From the NCBI GenBank assembly GCA_004431415.1, contig QPMI01000710.1, forward strand, positions 1 to 64,000: 64,000 nucleotides of DNA, given 5' to 3'. The notes under the pieces are model-generated. The model saw only the letters and a list, made by a program, of their open reading frames with translations. It did no database searches and was not told where the DNA came from. Shown here in pieces: positions 55,603-64,000 of this stretch (position 1 is its first letter; every line of letters begins with the position of its first letter). The translations under genes were made by a program, and so were the position numbers. Source of the stretch: Cyanophora paradoxa CCMP329 (lineage: Eukaryota; Plantae; Glaucophyta).

Positions 55603-57917
55603 ATGAGCGCGGCAGGCGGCGAGGTCACCGAGCAGACTATCCTCGAATATAGCGGCGAAACCAGCCTCGTAACAGTCCGAGAGGTACGTGGCCACTCCGC
55701 TCCCAAGGCTCGCCGGCCGGACGCGCGACCGGCGCGCCGCAGGTCATCATCCGGGATGCTGGCATAGCCAGCTTCCCTCAGCAGCTCATCGAGCAGCTCG
55801 CCTCTCTCGAGCTCTTGTCGCTATCCAACAACCGCCTCACGTCCATCGAGCACTTCTTCCCGCACCTGGTGCGCCGTGGGCGCATGCCTGCACGCCCTAA
55901 GTCCGTACCAAGCGCTGCGGATGCGCGTGCAGAGCGGGCTCGTCGAGCTCAACGTCAACTTCAATTCGATCTCATCGATCGAGGGGATCCAGTGCTGCTC
56001 TCGCTTGCAGAAGCTCTTCCTCTCGAACAACAAGATCCGATACATCTCCCCGCTCCTCAACCTCCCCTGCCTGCAGTGCGCCGCTCCTGGATGAGCGCGC
56101 CCGACGCCGGCCGGCCGGCCGCCGACCTCCGCCGGCAGGACGCTCTCGCTCTACCGGAACCACATCCCAGCCTTGGACGCCGTGCTTCCCGTTCTGCAGA
56201 CGCTCCCGTCCCTGCGCGAGCTCGACCTCGACGGCAACCCGTGCTCTACCCTCAAGGACTACCGCCACCGGTGCGCCGCCCCGCCCCGCCCCGCGCGCCG
56301 GCGGCGGCTCAGCGGGCCGCAGGATCGTCCTCCAGCTCACCGTCGACGCGCTTGACGGGGAGACCCTGACCCCCCTCGACCGCGAGCTCGCCGAGGACTT
56401 CTTCATCAAGGAGGGCATACCCCCGCACACGATCCGGCCCCGCACCGCCGCCGCCGCGCGCCCCGGCACCGCCGCAGGCGCCCGCCCCGGCTCGGCCCGG
56501 CCGGCGACCGCCCGGCCCGGCACCGCGTCCCAGCAGCAGCAGCTACAGCAGGCGTACGAGAGCGGGCGGCCGCTCACCGCTCGGCCCGGCAGCGCGCGCC
56601 CCGGACCGCGCGCCCCGGCACCGCGTCGGCGGCGGGCCCGGTCTTCAGGAACCTGGCGCTGACGGAGAGCGAGGCGGGATCCTGATGGAGTACCTGGCGC
56701 GCTCCGAGGGGAGCAGGGCCGCCGCCCTCGTCGAGGAGCCGCGGGGGCCCTCCCAGCCCGACGTCCTCGTCGTCGAGCACGGCGACGAGGAGGACGAGGA
56801 GGAGGACGAGGATGAGGAGGGGAGGAGGAGGAAGAGGGGAGGAGGGGGAGGAGGGGGAGGAGGGGAGGGAGAGGAGGAGGGGCCGGTGGGCGAGGAGGGG
56901 GCGGGCGTGGGCGGGGGAGACAGCGCAGCGGACGCAGCGGCGGCGCTGGCGGAGTCGACGGCGGCGGTGCTCGAGCTCGTGGACGACGAAGCCGGTGCGC
57001 CGGGGCCCCCGCCCCCGCCCGCTGCCGCCTCGCCGGGCAAGGCCTGCGCGGCAGCGGGCGTGGTCACGTCGCGGCGGCCGCTGGTGGAGCGGCTGCGCGG
57101 CACGGCGGACGCGATGCAGCGCACCGAGGAGCTCCCCGCACACGCCCTCGCCCGCTCCCTGTCCGCCCCGCCCCGCCCCGCCCCGCCCCGCTTCGCGTCG
57201 CCGGGCTTCGTGTCGCCGGAGCCGACGGGGCGGGGCGGGCAGGGTCTTCGCGCCGTGCGCGAAGCCGCGGCACCAGATCTCGTCGGACCCGCAGGAGGCG
57301 ATCCAGCGCCTCCTGCAGAAGGTCGGCGAGCTCGAGGCCGAGCGCGAGGCGAGCGTACCCCCCCTTTCCGGACGGCGCCGTACCCCGCCGACCGACCGAC
57401 CGACCGACCGCCGGGCCCGCAGGAGCTCATCCGGCAGCACGGCCCCGCCTGGCTCCACAAGCGGGTTGAGGACCTCGTCGCCGTGCGTCCCGTACCCCCC
57501 GCGCACCGATTGCGTACCCCTCCCTCACCCCACGGGGTACAGGAGAACCTGCGGCTCTCGCGCGAGAACAAGAACATGTATTCCCTATACGAGGAGTGCC
57601 AGGAGCTGCGCGCCCGGCTCAAGGCCCGCCGCCCGCGTGCCCCGCTCGGACGGGCCCCGCTTGAGCGCTCCCGCGCAGAGCTACGAGCAGCGGGACAGGT
57701 TCCTCGCGGCGGCGGGCCCGGGGGCGGCCGCGCAGGCGCTCGCCGCGGCGACGGCAGCCGCCGTCGCCCGCCCCGCCACTGCCTCCGGCCCCAGCGCCGC
57801 CGCGGCGGTCCGCCCGCCCCTCCCCGCGACGCCGGCCGCCCGCCGAGCGCCGCGGCCCCAGGCGAGGTACCGGGAGCAGGCGGCGGACGAGGTCATCGCG
57901 GAGGGCTCCACGGGCGG

Positions 57918-57958
<41 letters not shown>

Positions 57959-59023
57959 CGCCCGTCGAGGTCCACGGGGCGCGGCTGAGCGCTGGGCAGG
58001 AGCGTACCGAAGGAGGAGTACGAGCGGCTGCTGCGAGCCTTCCGCGAGATGTCAGAGAAGTACGAGCGGGAGCGGGAGAAGGCGCGCCCCGGGGCCCCGG
58101 GAAGAGGGAGGGAGGCGGCTCCGCCGGCCGCTGACGCCGGCGCGCCGCGGCAGGTGGAGGCGCTGCGGCCGCTGACGGCGCGGCCGGGGACGGCGATCGG
58201 GGGGCCCGCGCCGCCCCCGCCGGCGACGCCCTCGCCGCCGACTTCGACTTCGGCGACGGGTTCGACGCCGAGGCGCGTACCCCCCTCCCCGCGCCGCATC
58301 GTACCCCCCGTCGCCCGACGCCGACGCGGCGGGGCGCAGCTGGCGGAGCTCTTCCGGAGGAACGCGCAGACGCTCAAGAAGATCAAGTCGGACATCCAGA
58401 AGACCAAGCGCGCCATGGCCGCCCAGGGTCCGCCCGCCCCTCCCTCGGCCCCCGCCCCGCCCCCGCCCCGGGTCGCCGGCTCAGGCGCCGGCAGACGCGG
58501 CGGAGGCGGCGGACGCGGCGGCGGCGGCGAGGAGCGCGAGGCGGCCGGCGAGCCGGGGAGCCAGGGGAGCGGCGGGAGCGGCGAGGCCGGCGAGGCGGCC
58601 GCCAAGCCGACCTCGGCCGGCTCCTCCTCGGCCCGCCGCCTCTCCGGGGACGGCGCCGGCCTCCCGCCCATGCCCCCGCCCCTCTCCTCGCCCCACGCCT
58701 CCCTCCGCCGCGCCCTCTCCGCCGGCAGCAGCGGCGGCGGGGGCGGGGCGCCGGTGCTGCAGGGGAGCGCGGGGCGGATCCGGCGGACGGCGGCGGCGGC
58801 GGCGCTGCTGGACGCGGAGGAGCGCGCCAGCGACGGCAGCGAGGGGGAGGAGGGCGCCGGCCCTTCGTTCCCGCCGGCCCCGCCGGGGGCGCCCCAGCAG
58901 CTGCCGCCCCCGATCCCCCCGCCCCGCGCCCTCGCCGGCGCCTCGGGGCCCCCGCCCCTCCCGCCCCGCCCCGCGTCCATGGGCCGCCCGGGCTCGGGCT
59001 CGACGCCCGTCGCCCGCGCCTAG
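55603..59023 (+). CDS. Leucine-rich repeat protein (SDS22-like LRRs plus LRR cap, low-complexity/coiled-coil C-terminus)
   Basis: LELLSLSNNRLTSI, LVELNVNFNSISSI, LQKLFLSNNKI, LRELDLDGNPCS..DYR..LDG. Confidence 0.85.
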
Positions 59024-59366
59024 CTGTATGAGCCTGTATCGCTCGCTCCGCCGCGATCGAATCACCCAGCTGGTATTGCTGAGGAGCGAGTCGAACCTTC
59101 TGTAATGCCGCACCATCGTAATCGCCGCTGGAATTCGAACTGGCCCGCCTGTAGTGCGCCAAATAAAATGGCGCGCCATCTTATTTTTATGGCGCACGCT
59201 TTTGAGCCATCGCAGAAAAAAAGGCGCCGGCCAGCGCAGCCGGAGCTTTGCGTTGGGGGGGCTACTACGACTCCCAGCGTATGATGCAATAGTACTATAG
59301 CTACAGGTAGCGCGCACAGCAGCAGCCGGCAGACAGCACTGCGGCAGCGGGCGGGGCGGTCCTCAC

Positions 59367-61429
59367 ATGGCGCCCAAGAAGGGCAAAGTGGCTAAGCTAG
59401 GCGAGTCGAGCGACGCAGCAGCGGCTGCGGGAGCCGAAGAGTCGGCGGCTCGCGCAGGGCAGCTGCAGGCGCCCGCGGAACCAGTCGAAGTGCGTGTTCT
59501 CGCCGACAGCCGGCAGAACGGAGGCCTTACTACGACCAAAGGTTCGATACTCTTGAGCTGTGATGCGAAGGCGCGCACCGGGCGCCGCGCTGATGCCCGA
59601 CCGCGCGTGCACCTTGCCCGTGACGCAGCGACGGTGACCATCGAGGTCGAGGGAGGCACGGGATGGCCTGCGGAGCTCTTGAAGGATGCGGAGCGGCAGC
59701 TCCGCTTCACGCAATCCGTCGGACCTGCGGGCCTGGACCTGTACTTCTACGATCCGGAGGCGGACACCCTCGATCTGAGGACTGCGTCTCGGAAGCTGCC
59801 GAAGCTCAGTCCCGGATGTTTCTTCTACGTCGTGCGGCGGGACATGCAGCCAGCGCACGAGGACGGCGACAGCAACGCCGACCCCGAACTTGTGAAGCTC
59901 ATGAAGCGCGGCAAGGCGCAGCACGCAGCTGCAGCGCCGGCGCCCCAGACGGTTCAGGCGGCGACTTCGTCGGACTCGGCGCAGCTGAGTTCGCTCGTGG
60001 AGGCCGTGGCCTTGCAGGTCCAGAGATCCGTCGGAGCTGCGATCGCCTCTGCAGGTGAACCTCGAGCAAAGAAGAGGCGGCGACAGGCGCGAACTACCTG
60101 AAGGAGGACACGGATGGCAAGCGCGGCACTGGGGACTGCAACACGGCACGGGACGTCGTGCGGCTACTGTGGGACGAGCCGATCGAGGGATCGGGGGGGA
60201 GTACACTCCGGAGACATGCCCGCGAGCCTGGCTGTTTCTCAAGGTGCCGTCCCTTAATTTCAGTTATGGCATCGAGTTAGAATTTAAATTTATATCTCAA
60301 GCTCTCTCGCGGATGCAGAAGTGCGGGGCGGCACCCGCAAAACGCACGACACGCTGAGCAGACTGCGGCCGCTGCTCACCCCATTCGACAAGGAGGACCT
60401 CAGCCACCTTCAATCCCTCACGAGATGCAAGACAGATGTCTATTTTCATAACATTGAGAACATGTGCGTGCGTTGAAGATGGGCAACGATGCCACGCCCC
60501 TGATGCGTACACTCCGAACAGACTGTGCATTCTAAGGATGAGGAAAGCGGAGCAGGAGGTGCCGGACGATCACTACAAGCTCAAGGGCATCTCGCGACCC
60601 GGCATTCTGGATGTCGCCGACTTCATCCTAGGGAGTCACAATTTGACGGTGATGGAGGAGAACGTAGCCGGCTGGATGGATGGCAAGGACGCGGTGGACA
60701 GGGGAGAGTGAGCAAGAGTTCCATTATTTCGAGCAACCGATACGAAACTGACCGGTGGAAACAATTTACCACGCAGGTACCAGGCGACGGGGCGAAGAGG
60801 AGGTCCAAGAAGAAGCAGGAAATCGAACATCGCGACTCGTTCGAAGGTACGCGGCGCTGTTCCAACGCAATACCAACGCATATGTCAACACCTCGCAACG
60901 CATACGTTGATTGACATACGTTGAATAGTGTTGACGTACTCAACTTCCCTCCGTGTTGCCACGAGGCTCACGCGCACTTTTGCACTTGCAGAGCCGGCAA
61001 GGAAAATGCCAGAGCAGAAGGGCAAGGCACGCGCCAGCGCCGCCCGACAGACGAAGGTGCGCGATGTGTACAACGCATGCAGAACGCATCGTCAACGCAA
61101 GCGTTGATATTGCGTTGTCTGCGTTGCAAAGACACAGCGCAATTTGCGTTGATTCCGTGCCCGCAGAGTCCGACGAGGAGGATGACGTAGAGGACAAGCT
61201 CGAGGACGACGACGAGAGCGGGAATGAGGACGAGGACGAGGGCGAGGACGAGGACGAGGACGCAGAGGCGGCAAGCCCGAGGAAGCGCAACCGCAAGGCA
61301 GAGACGAAGGGTCAGGAGGCGAAGCATGCGAAGCAGGAAGCAGGGAAGCGCAAGAAGCAGGAGAAGGAGATGGGGAAGGAGGCGAAGAAGCCCAAGGCCG
61401 CAGCAATGACAGAGAAGGTGCAGTCTTAA
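59367..61429 (+). CDS. Hypothetical Cys/His-containing protein with acidic/basic tail, possibly transposon-borne
   Basis: 244-aa ORF followed by exon-like pieces with CAC, CCHEAHAHFCTC and an acidic tract followed by RKRNRK. Introns are more AT-rich than in neighbouring host genes. Confidence 0.45.
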
Positions 61430-64000
61430 AAACGCGGGCCGGGGCGGAGCCGCAGCACGGGCCGGGCCGGGCGGGGCCGCAGCAGGAGATGGGGCAGGCG
61501 GGGCCGCAGCAGGAGAAGGGACGGGCGGGGCCAAACCAGGAGACGGGGCGGGCGGGGCCGGAGCGCGGGACGGGCCGGGCGGGGCCGCAGCAGGAGACGG
61601 GGCGGGCGGGCCGGAGCGCGGGACGGGCCGGGCGGGCCGCAGCAGGAGACGGGGCGGGCGGGCCGCAGCAGGAGACGGGGCGGGCGGGGCCGCAGCAGGA
61701 GACGGGGCGGGCGGGGCCGCAGCAGGAGACGGGGCGGGCGGGGCCGCAGCAGGAGACGGGGCGGGTGGGGCCGCAGCAGGAGACGGGGCGGGTGGGGCCG
61801 CAGCAGGAGACGGGGCGGGCGGGGCCGGAGCGTGGGCTGCGGCTGCTTGGGCTGCACGTGCTGCGGCTGCTTGGGCTGCATGCTGAGCGGCATCCTCCTC
61901 CTCTTTCTTGAGAAAAGCTAGAATTCGCAGCTTGAGAGCCTCCTTGTTACCTGTGTGCGGCAGGTTTGCAGCACGGAGGAATGCCTGCAGGGGCTTGTTG
62001 GTGGTGTGCATGCCAGGGGCCAGAAGCTGCGAGAAAAAGGAAATTAGAAGAGGAAGTCCAACGCAACTGCACCGCAAGCGTTGAATTGAAGAACGCAAAC
62101 GTGTGCTTTGCGTTGCTAAAAAAACGCACCCGTCGTATCCCATCAACAGACGGGATGGGGCCGTACTTGTCGTCGACAGGGCCATCTGCTGTTGCATTGT
62201 CGGCGACGATCGATTCTGCCGTTGCGCCACGCTGGCGCGGAATGATTTTCTCCCCGACACTGGCAGTCTCCGGGTAGATGCGCTCACGCTTGTTCTTGCA
62301 CCCGTACTTGCTGCACTGGCAGCTCGAGCAGCACACCAGGCCGCTTGTGAAACAGCCGCATTTCTCTGGAAGGCAGCCATCCCTGCACTTGCACGGGTCC
62401 ACGTCGAGACCGGGGGCCTGGCCACAGAAGCTCTTGAATGCTGTCATGAGAGGAACGGTGCCGTTCATTATGTTGTTCGCACGGTTCTCCTCAATTGTCT
62501 TCCAGATTGTCTGCATCCCTGCACCAGTTCTTTGATGAGTGTGCAACATTCGTGCAAATGGGACTACCCCTGCACGTACCGCCCACGAGGTTCATGTTGA
62601 TCAATTGTGCTCCCTGAATGGGAGTGTCAATGAAACCCGCCATCGTCCTGATCGTGTAGAGGCCATGCCGGACGTCCACCACTTCTGTGACGATCCCAGG
62701 TACCCTTGCTTGTAGGAGGACGTGCATGCCGAGCTGTTTGACAAGAACGGCCACACGATCCCCGATACTGTAGATAACAGGACCTGCTCCCTGCTTCTCC
62801 GCGCACGCCTTCATCTGGTCTCTGTACACGGCAAGCCGTGCGCATGCCTGGACATTCCCGAATGCACGCACAAACTGATCGATCTGTCCAACGCATGCGT
62901 TGAGAATGCGTTGGATGAGAGTGCGACAAAATTTGCAATGAATTGAAGGCACTTACTACGTAGAACACCGGGATGTCCTTCAAGAGCGGGCTCTCCGCCC
63001 TCTGCAGAAGAGCGTTGGCGATATCTTCTTCGTACTTCGCCATGTCATCGCACACTCTGTTCACTTCCTCCATGTTTGCAACCTGACAACACAATTACCA
63101 ACGCATGCGTTGGGATGCGCAGACATTCCGTTGCGCACTCCGAGGAGGTCCTCAATGTCCTTCTCGGTGTACGGCCTTGTCGGATCCGACGGTGGCTCAA
63201 TTCCCAAAGGCCTTCGTGAAGGTCTGCGCCCGGTCATGGCCTCGATGGGTGTCATCTTGTGCCCGTTCGCGAACTTCATGCTGTTGTGGGACTCCATTGC
63301 CTGAGAATCCAGCATCGATCAGTGCACTTGGAATTTTCAAATGGGGTATGAAAAGGATTTTAAATACATCGGGAATGGCTAGGGCCCAGTTCGCCCAGTC
63401 CTCCGCATTCTGGTTCCGGCGTTCGTAGCAAATAGCCTCGAGCGTCGGCTTCGAGTCCCTGTTCGCGCGCTCCACAGAGCCCTGGTGCTCTGGAGTGTAC
63501 GGTTTCCCGTAGGCGATGGACGAGTTCGGGTAGGCCGCCATAAGGACCTTCATGATCTGCCATACTCCGTTAACATAATTAATATTGAAGTTTACAAGAG
63601 ATATCGGGGAATTTCACATCATTCTTGAACTCCGATCCGTTGTCGCAGGACAGGATTGTGCATGCGCCGAAGTAGGCAAATTTCTCGCGAAGACGATCAG
63701 CAACTTCGCCTGCGCACTTTGATTCGCAAGCCTCCAGGATGAGGAAACGAGTGTAGTGGTCCTGCGTTCGCCGTTGTTCGTTACCGGATGCAGAAATCTG
63801 CGCATGACCGTGCCGAAAACTGACCTTTATGGCCAGGACAAATGCCCAGAATCGCGGAATGACGTCCGTGACAAAGACCGTCTTGTAGCAGCCCGGAAAT
63901 TCGGGATCCGGGATTTTCTTCTCGTACCGGCACACGTGCACTGCTTGCTCCCAGTACCAGACCCTCTCGAGCTCGCCTGAGCTCTCATTCCACTTCCACC
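61426..64000 (-). mobile_element. Ginger2/KRBA2-SCAND3-like rve transposase with CXC and SAP domains; runs off the window
   Basis: IK-DHYTRF, ILSCDNGSEF, GKPYTPEHQGSVERANR, YSIGDRVAV..GLYTIRT. CXC CKCRDGC..KCGC..GLVCCSSCQC. SAP-like LQAFLRAANLPHTGNKEALKLRI. Introns present. Confidence 0.8.
61445..61830 (-). repeat. 27-bp minisatellite encoding PPAPSPAAA
   Basis: GGGGCCGCAGCAGGAGACGGGGCGGGC repeated, degenerate toward 61445. Confidence 0.9.

Noticed and set aside
32673-57957. Long poly-C runs (about 32673, 45082, 57921) as functional elements
   Set aside because: They lie in CCCCG-rich introns and are probably poorly resolved low-complexity sequence.
32000-59000. Numerous long overlapping Pro/Arg/Gly/Ala-rich ORFs on both strands
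   Set aside because: Artefacts of very high GC and stop-free short introns. The real genes are the spliced models listed.

Overview
This is eukaryotic nuclear DNA with a GC-rich, short-intron host background. The host is most likely a glaucophyte alga, inferred from a PAS-GAF-PHY-PAS-HK-REC-REC phytochrome, an intron-split cyanobacterial-type MurJ and a MACF-type transit peptide. Bases 1-15413 are the right-hand part of an AT-rich, intronless endogenous DNA virus of the Polinton/PLV/virophage type. It carries a frameshifted protein-primed PolB, an intact rve integrase, a patatin-discoidin fusion and a His-repeat fibre protein. It also carries four tandem paralogous fibre-like genes that share one N-terminal module but have different heads, a bacterial-type SAM decarboxylase, iteron-like repeat arrays and a perfect 28-bp terminal hairpin. 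The virus sits inside an intron-containing Helitron-like PIF1 helicase/OTU gene (15414-20317). The rest of the window holds two MITEs, host genes (phytochrome, EXD1-like exonuclease, MurJ, DUF5522-YqeH GTPase, LRR protein, several unknowns) and, at the right edge, a Ginger2/KRBA2-like integrase element. All family assignments come from motif recognition by eye. Exon boundaries are hand-inferred, and no capsid or packaging ATPase gene is visible in this window.
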